A DNA stretch of 64,000 bases. Origin: Strigamia acuminata. Taxonomy: Eukaryota. Each line of letters opens with the position of its first letter. The first letter of the stretch is position 1. Of this stretch, positions 13,061-26,851 are shown one piece after another. The stretch lies in NCBI GenBank assembly GCA_949358305.1, contig OX442314.1, positions 3,844,001 to 3,908,000 of the forward strand, written 5' to 3'. Both the position numbers and the translations under genes were made by a program. Below the pieces are notes generated by a model that did no database searches, was not told where the DNA came from, and was given only the letters and a program-made list of their open reading frames with translations.

Positions 13061-13294
13061 TGAACGCGCGACAAAAACCATCTTTTAGAAAACCGCTCAT
13101 CAGTTGCAGTGGTTGCATAAATAAATAAATGAAATGATAATTGACGTTAATTCTCAATGTTTTTTTTTTATAAATCTCGACGAAATTTTCAATGTTTTTG
13201 ATGAATCTCAAACGGTTTTTGTCAGATTTCTACAATTTTTAGTTCAATTTCTCCAAATTTTTCTCCAATTTCCCCAAATTTTTGTCAAACTTGC

Positions 13295-13577
13295 CCTAAC
13301 CTAACGTGCCCTTAACCTAACGTAACCTAACCTAACGTGCCCTTAACCTAACCTAACCTAACGTGCCCTTAACTTAACGTAACGTAACCTAACCTAACCT
13401 AACCTACCGTAAACTAACCTAACCTAACCTAACGTGCCCTTAACCTAACCTAACCTAACGTGCCCTTAACCTAACGTAACGTAACCTAACCTAACCTAAC
13501 CTACCGTAAACTAACCTAACCTAACCTAACGTGCCTTAACGTAACATAACCTTACGTGGTCTTGCCTTAACGTAACG
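13295..13577. repeat. Degenerate (CCTAA)n array (TTAGG telomere-like), interstitial
   Basis: cctaa runs interspersed with cgtaa and cgtgcccttaa, with an internal ~78-bp higher-order duplication. Also at 28451-28733 and 43486-43768. Confidence 0.9.
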
Positions 13578-14709
13578 TGTCTGTGTCACAAAACGTATTT
13601 TTGATTGTAAGAATTTTAATTTTTCTAACTTTGAACGAGATTTTAAAATGCAAGTTTTTCGAATTAATTGTTGACAATCTTTGAAGTTTTTTTCTCAAAT
13701 TTTTTTCTTTTTTTCTTTCTTTATTTTATTATTTTATTTAATTTGCACAAAAATTATTCCCTTTCTTTCTCTCCTCACAAGTCAACACAACAGCCGTCAG
13801 TTGAGTTGCCATGGCATTAATCCCCCCTTCCTTTTATTCCCCCTTCCTTTCCCAATTTGGCCCTTTCTCTCTTGCCTCGTCGGTGACCGCAGCAACTCCG
13901 GAAACGAGATCTCAAATGCACTCAAATGAAATGAAATGAAAATTCCAGAAAACAAAAGATCAAACTTTATTCATTTATTCATTTATTCATTTATTGAATT
14001 TATTGCAAGTGGTCAGAATAAAAGTACGTAATATTGTTATCCTTGTGTTTCCAGAACAAAAGCGAAGTTTTCACTAATGAAATGTGTATTAGAGTCGGCA
14101 AATCCAAAACGGACTTGATGGCGTGCAATTGAGCTGTAGTTCGGGTCTTTCAAACTGATTTATTAATATCACCTTTAGAAAAGAAAACATATAATGTAAA
14201 ATCGTTTTCATGCAAAACGATTCAATTTTTAAAATATACTCAACGGTTAATTTTGAAAATCCCAAAGGCCTTAATCGCTGCCTTAATCGATTTTCGACAT
14301 GTTCTCTCGCTACAATGCACACTTGTAACAGATTTGTTGTTTAATTGTCAACATAAATTGTTACACTCAAAAACGGTTTGGTTGTTTTAACTAAATGTAT
14401 TTGTAATCAATGTAAATTCAATATCATGTCTGTATGGACACTTATCATCCAAAAATTAAAGACAAAACCACAATCAAAATAATAAACAAGCTGTTCAAAT
14501 ATAAGTATCATTTTTAATGATCACGTCATAAATAAATATCGTATAGCGGTAACAGTTTTATAAATGCTCTGATAAAACAATGATATTAAATAGAAATTTT
14601 AAAAATTATACACATTAATGTGCGTTTGTTCACATAATTAGTGATGACCAGACTCGACAAAAAAATCGAAAAATAAAATTCGAAAAAATAACATGAAATG
14701 AAATTTAAG

Positions 14710-17700
14710 TTATGTGACCGATTCTTCGACGACTCGCTGCTTGCGAGCAAAAGAGAGAAAAACTTGTTCCAGAGTTGCCTGACTCACGGAATAGTCTTCG
14801 AGATTAAACAGCGCTTTTGCCTTCTCCATCGACTCGAAGAGGTACGCCCATTTGGTCTCTACGTCCCTAATTTGGTAATGCACGAGTCCCTAAAACAAAT
14901 GAATAGAACTTAATACACAGTTTGCGGCAGCTACTTTTCCCTTATGCCGGGACTACTCGATTAAACGCCGGGCACTCAGCGGCAAGTTCAGCAATTGTCG
15001 GTGGCATCGAATAAACGCCGGGTCCCAAAAATGGGTGATTTTTCGCAAAAAGTCGAAGATTTTTGCGAAAGAATGAGCATTTTAAGCAAAAAAATCATCA
15101 TTTTTAGCAAAAAAACCTCATTTTTTAGCAAAAAGTCATCATTTTAAACGGAAAATCGGCTATTTTTAGCCAAAAAAATCATCATTTTTAGCCATAAATC
15201 ATCATTTTTAGCCAAAACTGATCATTTTAAACGAAAAATCGGCGATTTTTAGCAAAAAAATCATCATTTTTAGCCATAAATTATGATTTTTGGCTAAAAA
15301 TGATAATCGTCATTTTAAACGAAAAATCGGCGATTTTTAGCAAAAAATCATCATTTTTAGCAAAAAAAAATCATTTTTAGCAAAAAAAAATCATTTTTAG
15401 CAAAAAAAAATCATTTTTAGCAAAAAAAAATCATTTTTAGCAAAAAAAAATCATTTTTAGCAAAAAAAAAATCATTTTTAGCAAAAAAAAATCATTTTTA
15501 GCAAAAAAAAATCATTTTTACCAAAAAAAAATCATTTTTAGCAAAAAATCATCATTTTAAACGAAAAATCGGCGATTTTTCAGTTATGCGCCGGGCCCTA
15601 CTAAGCGCCGGGCCTCGAATAAGTGCTAGGTGGGGCGAGTCGAAAAAACTATTAAACGCCCCGGCGTTTATTCGAGGCAGTACAGTATATTTCAAATTTC
15701 AGAAAGTAGATCCCGTTTGTTTATAAGAAAAATAAATAAAAACATCGTTTGGAGATCAAAATTGATCCTAGGTAAATGACACAATGTTAATTTAAATCTT
15801 TTTTTTTTATCTTACTTGGTGTATGTCCTGAAGAACGGCACTTGGAAATGTCTGCTCAATGTATGTCTGTAATTCCGTCTGCTTATTTGTCATTAGATTG
15901 ATGGTCGAACTAGCACCGGGCTTGAGTTTGGCTAAAACTGTAAACCCCTGACTGAATTTGTTCTTCAGATGCTGGATCGGACCGAAACACTGAAACTGAC
16001 CGTTCACCATAATGCCCACTCTGTTGCAGAGCACTTCACATTCCTCCATACTAGAAAATTTGTCCAAAATTAGTCAAAAATTTCATCACTATCATTCACT
16101 ACATTCATTTACCTATGCGAAGTCAAAACAACCGATATTCCCCGCCCGTTAGCGCTTCTTAGAATGTCCCATATTTTTCTCCTGGCGACCGGGTCCACTC
16201 CGGTCGTGGGCTCATCCAAAAATACGACCGGCGGATCTCCGATGAATCCCATGGCTGCACTCAGTTTTCTTTTATTTCCACCGCTAAATAAATAATTTTT
16301 TTTTAAAATAACTTTGTTCTAATCAGTTAAGTCTCTTTATTTCGAATACCTGTAGAAAAGCGTGATTTTATCGGCATGCTCGGTGAGGTCAAAGTCCACG
16401 ATGTACTGATCGACAACCGCCTTTATTTGGGAACTGCAAATTCCACGAAGGTGAGCAAAAACGGTGAGGATTTCTCGTCCGGTCAAGTAATCGATGAGCG
16501 CATCAAATTGCGGACAATAACCAACTTGCTTTAAAAACTAAACCAAATATAGTTAGGTTAATGCACTTGGATGGATGAAAAACCTATCGGGGCTTACTTG
16601 TCCTCGCTTGTGCTGTACACTAGACCTGTTAATGTAAGCATCGCCGTGAGTGATGACCAAGTCGCCGGTAAGCATTTGAAATGTGGTCGTTTTGCCAGCG
16701 CCGTTAATTCCCAGCAGGCCAAAACATTCGGCGAAATGAACACCAAAACTCAAATCGTCAACGGCTGCAAAGTTGGAGAATACTTTCCTCAAGTCCTGCA
16801 CCACCATAACATCGGTGTCGATGATGTCTGTATGGAAACGAAAAATGCTCTACAACTTTTCAATTGACATTGTTTCCTTTTAACGTTTGGAACAAACACC
16901 TTTCATTTACTTGTTAGTACAGGTCAACCCTTGCTATTGCCATCAAACAGTTGGTGATAACCAGAATTCATTGAAGTGAAATAATTTGTAATGGGAGAAA
17001 TAAGAACAGGCAAACAACTACCGTATTTTATCGATTAAGAGCCACGGCTCTTATTCAAAACTGCCATTTTTGTCAGCAATTACAATTTCGGTTTTTCGTT
17101 CGTTACATTTGTTTAATGTAACACACAACCCAGTCTAAAGGTGGAAACACAAGGAAGCAGGTAAAATTCCAAAGCTTGCTAGCACAAGTTTAATGAGGAA
17201 GTCATTAGCTGCGTTCAATTCTAAAATAGCTTTCAAAAACTTTTTTTCATCGTTTTCCGAAAAGAGTTTTCAACATTGAGCAATGTTATTACCAACAGCT
17301 TTCAACAGCTTTCAACAGCCACGGAGCATGCTCAGTCTGCACATGATCACATAACAAATCACAAAATGCATTCGTAATGTAAGTTTATTTAAATTAATAG
17401 TATTATTATTATTCATTTAAGAACGGGAAATCAGCCGAACATCGGCCACATTCGATTGCACAGATCCGGCCAAAATCGGCAGCTTTCAAGCGCGCAAATG
17501 CGGCCGAAAAATTGCCCGCATTCGATCGCGCAAATGCGCCAAAATTGCCCGCATTCGATCGCGCAAATGCGCCAAAATTGCCCGGGTATGCACATATGCA
17601 GCCGCATTTTATCGTTCTTAAAGGCATAATAATTCTACAAATAAATTAAATAAACTTACATTTTTGTGTGTGCTTCCACCGCCGATCTATTCGATTACAA

Positions 17701-20700
17701 AATGGCGGCCCAGGAAAACAATTTGAAAACGACGAAAACCACGAATTTATGGTTTTCATGAAATCGGTTTTTAGGAAAACCGTTTTCCGAAATGTGACGT
17801 CAAATGCGTCTACATCCTGTGTGGGAAAACGGCGAAAACGAGGAAAACGGGGAAAACTGTTTAGAATTGAACGCACCTATTTACAAGCTCACTTGACCCA
17901 CTTTTGGCTTACCAGCTTAACTGGCAAACTCAAGCTAGCTAGCTGGCTGCCAGAAATTCCCGCCAAAATCTCCTACAAGAATTTCCTCACGATTCTGATT
18001 GGCTGTCAAAGTCACATGACCAAAACGCCAGCAAGCTTAAAGCTGGTCAACCGAATTCAGTTTGAAAGGAGCGGGTGAGTACAAGATCGCTTCAAAACAA
18101 ACCTTTGAATAAAAACGCAAGCTTGTGTTTGTTCAAGCAGGTGAGTTTTTAGCCGTTTTTTCAAGTAAAAGCAAGCTTTTAAATTTTACCCGCTTCCTTG
18201 TGTTTCCGCCTTTAAAAGCCCTGGTGTAGTTCACACTTAAATCCCTTTTGTACAAAGTCTAATTTCTACACGTTTGTTCTGACTAGGGATGAGAACGGAA
18301 CCGGAAATGGTCCCGATCCCGGTCCCGGTCCCGCAGCAGGATTCGGGACAGGACGGGACTGGATGAAACTGTATTCCACGGGATTCGGGACGGGACGGGA
18401 CTTGTGTATTATGCGTGTAATACGTAATACGTGTGTATTACAACATAATACGCGTGTTTTTCAGACCCCGAAAAAGTGAAAATTTCTGGACACGGGACGG
18501 TCTGGGACCCGAAAAATTCACAATTTTCGGGACACGGGACGGGTCAGGACTCAAAAGTTGGTCCCGTTCTCATTCCTAGTTCTGACGTGTAGAAAAGCAA
18601 TAACGTAAACATAAACAACTCACTTGGATCGTGAATTCGCCGCTTTTCCGCAAGCACATCTTCATCTAACGCATTTCCCAGTCCGTCGAACGTGTTGACA
18701 TTGTTTCTATTTCCAATCAATTGGTTTTTTCCCCGGCGAATTTTATACCAAAGCGTGTAGAAAATTCCCTGTTCGATGAGCGCCAAAATACCGAAATACA
18801 ACACTCCGGTCACAGCCATCATGGTAACTTCCTGACCAATTCCGGGATCATCCCACGCGAAATAATTTGGCTTCACATGAGGCAAAGGCAAACCAATAAA
18901 ACTCATGAAAGCATTTTTAGATGAAAGCTGAACCATTTTCATCAATGCCACGGTCACGGTGAAATTCGGTACAAGCCGAAACAGCCACTGAATGTCTCGT
19001 CCAATTTCCTTCAACGAATCGGAGCCGAATTGTTGGAACGTGTTGATGGTGATGCTCAAAATGATGCCGGCTAGCAAGTTGGCAATCGTCAGACGGCTGA
19101 ATCCCGTTGCCGGAACCTTGGCCATGAACGAGACGATGTAGGTAAAAGGAATCGAACACCAGCCGTACAATATGAGCAGTAAAATCACAACTCCTGCAAA
19201 TTAAACACAATCAACTGAATAATTGTATGGGATATTGAATGAATATAAGACCATGGTGTTATATTCAAATACAACACCATGGTCTTATTTTCGGTGAAAG
19301 ATGGTTGGCAAAACAAGCAATAAAAAACTAAACCTTTGTTTACCTACCAAAAAAAAACCAAACTATGCTAACATTGTTTGATTGATTAAAAGTGGAAAAA
19401 GCTTACTTTGCAAATTATAAAATAAATAAAATCCATCATTCTAATCACTTTTTAAACTAAAATACATTGAAAATAAACAGAACTACTTTTCCGCATAGTA
19501 GAGCACTGTCCACAGTTAGGCGTAAACTGGCTTAGCCAATAGGAGTTAGGACAACGTTGTGGTGGTTTTGAGTATAGGCACAGTTCCTAGGACCTACGAA
19601 CTAGCAGGGATTCACGAGGCATTCATAAAAAATTGTAATACATGTGCGGTAAAAATTTCACACAAATGCTTCTAAAAATCAAAGTGCTTAGAGTCTACGA
19701 AGGTCTTAAAGTGGCCCTGGGAGTGTGCGCCTGCCTCTCTCATCCTGAGAGAAAGCTTACTTGCTCAACATTCTTGCCAGTGGGAATCAGCGTTGACAGA
19801 CGATCAGCCGCAATTAAGTCGATGAACATTACTGCCAACTTAACAGGTGCACTCTTTGCTTTATTCTATGGAAAATCAATCTCACCTTAGTCAAACGGCT
19901 CGCCTTAAAGGTAGGTTCACACTTGTGTTCACACTAGACCCAACGCAAGAAAACTGACGCAACGCAAGCTGCTTGCGTCCAAAATTCTTGACATTGAAGC
20001 CAATTCCTGCTTTAACTCCCAAGTTGAAGCAAGCGACGCAACGCAAGAAAAGGTCTTGCAGCCAACCAATCACGATCGACACCAATCACGATCGACTAAA
20101 ACTCTCATCGATTCACGTCTGGTTGGCGAGACTTTGCCACATCCAAGCAGGCCGCTATTTTCAGATTCTGCAACTAGTTCTAGAACTAGATCTAATTCCA
20201 GGTTTCATTGAAACCATCTGATCAGCCAGACGCAACATCAATTGTTTCAGCTCTGTTTAAACGTGCCCTACGCGTATTTACAAACTGCAGACGCTACAGG
20301 AATCTTTGTGGCCAGGAGTGACTAATGCATCTGACGGAATTATTGACTCAAAACGGCAAGTTCCCTGCTCAGAGTGCGCTAACCTCATCTCCCTCACCTT
20401 AACAGGGTCAAATAAAACAAAACAAAGCAAAACAAATCAAACTAAAACCCTCACAGATGATAAATTCAAAAATTCAACGGTGTTTGAGTTATTGATGCAT
20501 TAGTCATTCCTGGCCACGGATTCCTGAAGCACAGGGATTCCGGTAGCGTCTGCAGTTTGTAAATGCGCGTGCCCTACAGTGTGGTGAACAGACTCTGCAT
20601 TGCGTTTGACTAATTTTTCCTTGCATTGATTTGCATCGCCCCTAGTGTGAACACAAGTGTAAACACAAGTGTGAACCTAGCTTTATGCTGGGCGCACACA

Positions 20701-23700
20701 TACCGCGATTTCGCATCGCGTTGCCATTGCGCATTCGCAAATGACGTCATTTCCTTCGCGCCGGTTTGAAATCTGCTTTTGAAAATAGTACTTGTCTCAA
20801 GTACTATTTCACCCGCGATTCATGTCGCAGCCAATCCGTGAGCTGTGTGAAATGACGTCATTTCATCAACATTTTCAACCGAAATGGCGGGCAGGTTTTT
20901 CGGATCAGGAATGACGTCATAACATTGAAATAGCAAAGCTGGAATAGCTACATGTGTGTAGCATTGCGTGCAATTCAGAGGGCGATTTCGCCAGCGAAAT
21001 CGCGACGCGATGCGAAATCGCGGTATGTGTGCGCCCAGCATAACCCAGTGGTTCTTAACCTTTTTGGAGAAACCAGCACCCCCTAGGATGCATTGCACCC
21101 CTGGTTAAAAACCACTGGCCTACTCCTTTCCCAAATAAAATAATATTTCCTTTAAAAATTGAAACTAAATAAGATGTTACCAGTTTTCTCTCCGCCAGTG
21201 AACGTCCCCGTCTGGTCTACGGTGGAAAAAAGTATCATGAGCAAAATAGAGCAAATAATGTGCGTAGCATAATCCCAAACGAAAGAAGCGGCCCAGAAAA
21301 CAGCGCCGTCGACGCCGGTCATGAGTTGCAGATGTTTGGACTTGGTGGCCCGCTCGTGGATCGGAAACACGATGAACGACGAAGAGAGAAACGAAAGCCC
21401 GACCGGCACAAACACGCCCAGCATGATCGACTTCACCATCTGTATGATGGCGGCGATGGGGAAGTTGCTCTTCTGGTCCGTCTCCAAAGGCGCGTTCTCG
21501 ACGACCAACGACACGTTTTCCGTCTTGTTGTAATGTCTCGCCATCGCGTTGTGCAACAAATTGAGCGCTAGCGGTTCGGTGTGGTAGAAGAGCCCGTTGT
21601 ACCACAAGTTCATCTTGGTTTTGTCGCCGGACTCGCTGAAATTGGCTCCGACGATGTATTTGTTGGAATAATCGATGAAGTGCTTCTGGCTGAGTTCCTT
21701 CAGGTAGTCCATGGCGTCGCCGCTGACGTTGACGAACGTGGTGTCTGTCGGGAACGAGGAATGGTAATAGTATTCGTAATCTTCGTTGAGGTTTTTTTGG
21801 AAAACCGTGGTGGCGCCGTACTGCGATATGTCCATGGTTAATGCGGGTAAGGAGGTGGGAGTTAAATCCAGTCTGTTGTTGACTATCAGGACGGTTGTTA
21901 TCATTATGACTGGTAAAAGAATCTGTTGAAATAGAATAAGTTAAATTATATGAATTGTTGAATTATAATTTCATATAATATTCATATATATTTCAATATA
22001 TGTCAATTATATTGAAATTGTTGAAATAATAATAATATTGTTGAAATTGTATTTTTTATTGGTGAAATTGTATTTTTTATTGTTGAAATTGTATTTTTTA
22101 TTGTTGAAATTGTATTTTTTATTGTTGAAATTGTATTTTTTATTGTTAAAATTGTATATTTTATTGTTGAAATTGTATTTTTTATTGTTAAAATTTTATT
22201 TTTTATTGTTGAAATTGAAATCGCCAATTTGGCACAAAATCTTTTAAAAATCGCCAATTTGGGACAAAATCCTTTAAAATCGCCAATTTGAGACAAAATC
22301 TTTTAAAAATCGCCAATTTGGGACAAAATCTTTTAAAAATCGCCAATTTGGGACAAAATCTTTTAAAAATCGCCAATTTAGCACAAAATCTTTTAAAAAT
22401 CGCCAATTTGGGACAAAATCTTTTAAAAATCGCCAATTTGGGACAAAATCTTTTAAAAATCGCCAATTTGGGACAAAATCTTTTAAAAATCGCCAATTTG
22501 GGACAAAATCTTTTAAAAATCGCCAATTTAGCACAAAATCTTTTAAAAATCGCCAATTTAGGACAAAATCTTTTAAAAATCACCAATTTGGGACAAAATC
22601 TTTTAAAAATCGCCAATTGGGAGCTCGTCTATGCAGTCCCCATTTAATGGTTATGCCCATCTTCGATTTGATCATCGCCAATTTTTTCTTACTTGAGCTA
22701 ACAGCAAGACCCAACGGCGTTTCGAATAATACCATCGTTTCAAGAGCAACGCCGTAAACGGTTGCATCCACGAATTAAAACCCGTTGATCGTTGGATGCC
22801 GCTCACTCCGTTTCCAACTGCAACTGCAAAAATCAAATTTAAAAAAACAACACTTTATTTATTATTATTTTTTACAATATATTTACCATAATTACCAGTA
22901 TAATGAAGTAAATTAGCGTTCGATTGATTTTGCTGGATCACGCCGTTGTTGACGCTGCTGCCGCTGCTTTCCTTGACGCTTTCGCCAACCTTGAGAAAAA
23001 CTTCTTCCATCGTGGTGACGCAAATGCCGAAGTTATTCATGCCGAGTTTTGGCGCGTTTGATTCGAGGTGCTTAAACATGTCGGCGAATGTGTTCGAGGA
23101 TTCCGAAGGAAGGATGAGACTTAGTTCGGTCGCGTTGTCGGATTTGATCACGACTCCCGGAACGTGTTGCTGCACCAACGCGCAAATGCGGTTTACATCG
23201 CAATGGTCGGCTTTGCTGATATTCAAATGGTATCCGGCACCTAGAAATTAATCGTTTGGAAAATGTAATGGCATTTTTAAACGTGTGCTAAATAAACATG
23301 GAAAACCATTGAAAAGTACTGAATAAATGTTGACAAATGTTGAATAAATATCGAAGTGTGTTGGATAAATTTTGAGAAATGAAAAATAAATGGTGGGAAA
23401 CGTAGAATAAACGTTAAGAAACATTGGAAAGCATTGGAAAACATTGAAAAAACATTGAAAACGTTTGAAAATATTGAAAAACATTGATAAAACATTGAAA
23501 AACATAGATAAAACATTGAAAAAACATTGAAAACGTTGGAAAATATTGAAAATCATTAATAAGACATTGAAAACGTTAGAAAATACTAAAAAACATTGAT
23601 AAAACATTGAAAAAACATTAAAAACGTTGGAAAACATTGGAAAACATTGAAAAAACATTGGATAACATTGAAAAAACATTGGAAAACATTGAAAAAACAT

Positions 23701-26700
23701 TGAAAAAGTTGGAAAAACATTGGAAAACATTGAAAAAACATTGAAAACGTTGGAAAATATTGAAAAAACATTGAAAACGTTGGAAAATATTGAAAATCAT
23801 TAATAAAACATTGAAAAAACATTGATAACATTGGGAAACATTGAAAAAACATTAAAAAACATTGAAAAAACATTGAAAAACATTGAAAAAACATTGAAAA
23901 ACATTGAAAAAACATTGATAAAACATTGGAAAAACATTGGAAAACATTGAAAAACATTGGAAAACATTGAAAAAACATTGGAAAACATTGAAAAAACATT
24001 GGAAAACATTGAAAAAACATTGATAAAACATTAATAACGTTGGGAAATATTGAAAATCATTAATAAAACATTGAAAAAACATTGATAACATTGGGAAACA
24101 TTGAAAAAACATTGGAAAACATTGAAAAAACATTTGAAAACATTGAAAAAACATTGATAAAACATTGAAAAAACATTGAAAAGATTAAATAAGCAAAATT
24201 ACCGTATCTTTTCTTCAAAAACAACGGAGAACCGCAACACTCAATCTGCCCTCGTGCCATAATAGCGATCCTATCGCCCAGCACATCGGCCTCTTCCATA
24301 AAATGCGTGCTCAAAATAATGCACCGATCCTTCCTCGCTTCCTGCAGCAACTCCCAGATGGCTCTCCTCGCTTCCGGGTCCATCCCCGACGTCGGTTCAT
24401 CCAACATAACTATCTAAAAACCCAAAAAAAAAATCATTCCCAAACTAAAACACAAACAAAACCGAAAATACTTTTGGATTTCCAATCAGAGCGATTCCCA
24501 AATTCAACTTCCGCTTCATTCCGCCGGACAACTGCATGGCAAGCGTGTTCCTCTTGTCCCACAGCTGCAGTTTGTGCATCAGGTTTGTCACTTCCGTGTT
24601 GAGTTTCTTGGCCGAATTGATCTTGAGTTGTCCGAAAAACTTGAGGTGTTCGACCACCGTGAGCGTGCTGAACAGCATGTTGTGTTGGGGACACAGGCCG
24701 AGGTTCTCGCGAGCGAAGTCGATGTTGGTTCGTATGTCGTATCCGTTCACGATGGCCGTTCCGCTCGTGGGGGGGAACATTCCCGTCAGAATGGACATCG
24801 TGGTGGTTTTCCCGGCGCCGTTGTGACCGAGTAGAGCCGTTATTTGGCCCTCGTAGATGTTGAGACTCAAATTGTCCACGGCGGTTTTTCCTTTGCCGTA
24901 ATTCTGGGGACGAGAAAAAATTAATTTGACTGGAAAATCAGTTTAAATATTTATGTTTCAATCGTGTGATGATGTTCTGGCATGTTTTATACGCAAAAAA
25001 AAATGAAAAACGCACTTTTTAGGCACGAAATGACTGCAAAAGTGGAAAAATCACTTTTTAGACGTAGAAATTAAATTTTTTTTAACCTGAAAATTTATTT
25101 TTAAGCAATAAATTCACTTTTCAGACGCTTAAATTTAATTTTTACGTGCAAAAAACCAAATACTTAAACAAAAATCAACTTTTTCCCATAAAAATGGCAT
25201 ATTTCGCGTAGAAAAATTCACTTTTAGACACATAATCGACCCTTTTACACCCAAAACCAAACTTTCCATGTGAAAATAAAATTACTTTAGTTAAATTTCT
25301 TATTGCAATAGCCGTATCGAGACCGCTCGGTTCCTTTTCAAAGTTCATCGAGTTTAAATTATCAACGTCACCTTCTTCCGAATGCATCTGTTCGATTCTG
25401 CACCAATAATCCTTCTGCAAAAAAAATAAATAAATAAAATAAAAATAATATAAATAACTTTTCTCAAAAATAATTACCGTGAATAAAAAATACCAAGGTT
25501 TTCCAACCCCGTAAATCCCAGGAAACACATTGTCCAAATACCACGTTAAACCGCCATAGAGAAAAATATCGATAATAAACATCATAATTATATACGCCAT
25601 CGTTAGATCGTCGCCTTGGTAACTCGGTTCGTTTAAATTAGTCCAATTAATCCCGATACCTGCAATTATCGATTCGTTTATTCAATAAAACCTAATTAAA
25701 CTGAATTAAATTAAAACAACTCACTTCGGCCTTCGAAAGCGACGATAAAGCGAACCGCCCACGCCATCGCCATGTTTGGGAAAATGGCGACGAGCAGTTT
25801 CGATGAAACATTCAAATCGTGGTAGCTTCGAGACATTAAATTGAACGGGATGGAGAAGGTGAGCACCCAGGCGAGCACCCCGATGGCCGTGGCGATCGTG
25901 GCTGTGAAAATTAATTTTAATTTTAATTGTAATTTTGATTTTATTTAGATTTTATTCCGCGTACGTTTTGAAAAGAAGCAGGAAATGAAGAAACAAAAGA
26001 AAATGGCGCTCGTGATGTATAAAACGAAAATAAATAATATTAATTCGGGAGATGAGTAAGATAGGACCGAGTATTCTTGCAGTTTGGAACACAAAAAGAA
26101 GACGATTATAATAGAGCTGATTAGCATCATGACGAATGAACTAATGAACCAGCCGATCCATTGCAGCCAGCCGGGTAGACCCATCAGTTTCATTAATTCC
26201 TGAAACATTAAATTCGACATTTTTAGTATTTTTCAGATTTTGAAAATTTAAAATTGAAAAGAAAAAAATTTAAAAAAAAAAAAACGGAATTTATTCAATT
26301 GTGTTGACTCAATGTTTTGATTAAAACGAGTCATTAATAAAGATAAGCAACTGTTGATAGATGAAGGAGATAAAACAAACTGTAATAGTCTTTTATAAAC
26401 GAAGTTCTGATAAAATTAAATCAGAATTTTATTTGTTTTTGTTATTTTTCAATTTTTTTTCGTTTATTTTCAATTTTTTTCAATTTTTTCTCTCCCTAAA
26501 AATGATAATTTAATTTATTTCGTAAATAAATAACCTATCACCTTAACACCCATTTCCTTTTCCCCCACAATGTATTTAATGAGCGTCGGCGAAATAAAGA
26601 CGAAACTGAGAACGAGAAAAAGCGGCAACGTATTCTGAAGAAAATCTGAAAAACAGTTATCCTTATAATAAGGTGGGTAGGGAAATTTTTGCGTCGTTAT

Positions 26701-26851
26701 CTAAAAAACAAAAAATAAAATAAATAAATATATCTTTTTTAAAATTTTTTAACTATTTACCTCGAATTGAGACGAATCAAAGCTGCTAGAAGTTAATTCC
26801 ATAAACCGTAAAGCGATATTATGTTGTAGAATCATAAACGTTTCGTAATAA
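14710..26851 (-). CDS. ABCA3: ABCA3-like ABC transporter, copy 2 (17 exons, N-terminus not found)
   Basis: Exons 26761-26851, 26542-26700, 25965-26199, 25725-25901, 25478-25659, 25286-25414, 24472-24903, 24203-24413, 22887-23240, 22693-22823, 21181-21922, 18624-19193, 16598-16827, 16350-16537, 16113-16283, 15816-16050, 14710-14889. Offset is +15156 from copy 1 (+14314 for the last exon). Few aa changes (FTIL>FTVL, VRHK>VQHK, IKD>IRD). Confidence 0.9.
14943..15687. mobile_element. TA-flanked TIR element (Tc1/mariner-type MITE-like) with internal 20-bp satellite; last intron of copies 2-4
   Basis: ctcgattaaacgccggg near the left end vs ccggcgtttattcgaggcagtacagta at the right end; internal (agcaaaaaaaaatcattttt)n. 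Absent from copy 1. Also at 30099-30783 and 45134-45878. Confidence 0.65.

Noticed and set aside
13040..13104. CTGATGAG on the minus strand as a hammerhead ribozyme core
   Set aside because: No stem II followed by GAAA and no supporting stems; the similar motif near 62824 has the wrong spacing.
13860..13945. Hairpin plus (aaatg)n tail as a LINE/SINE 3' end or HDV-like ribozyme
   Set aside because: Only a 5-bp stem, with no pseudoknot pairing or TSD that I could confirm.
14089..14322. 77-aa minus ORF as the missing ABCA N-terminal exon
   Set aside because: No TM1 or LLxWKN-like motif and no convincing splice path into the gene body.
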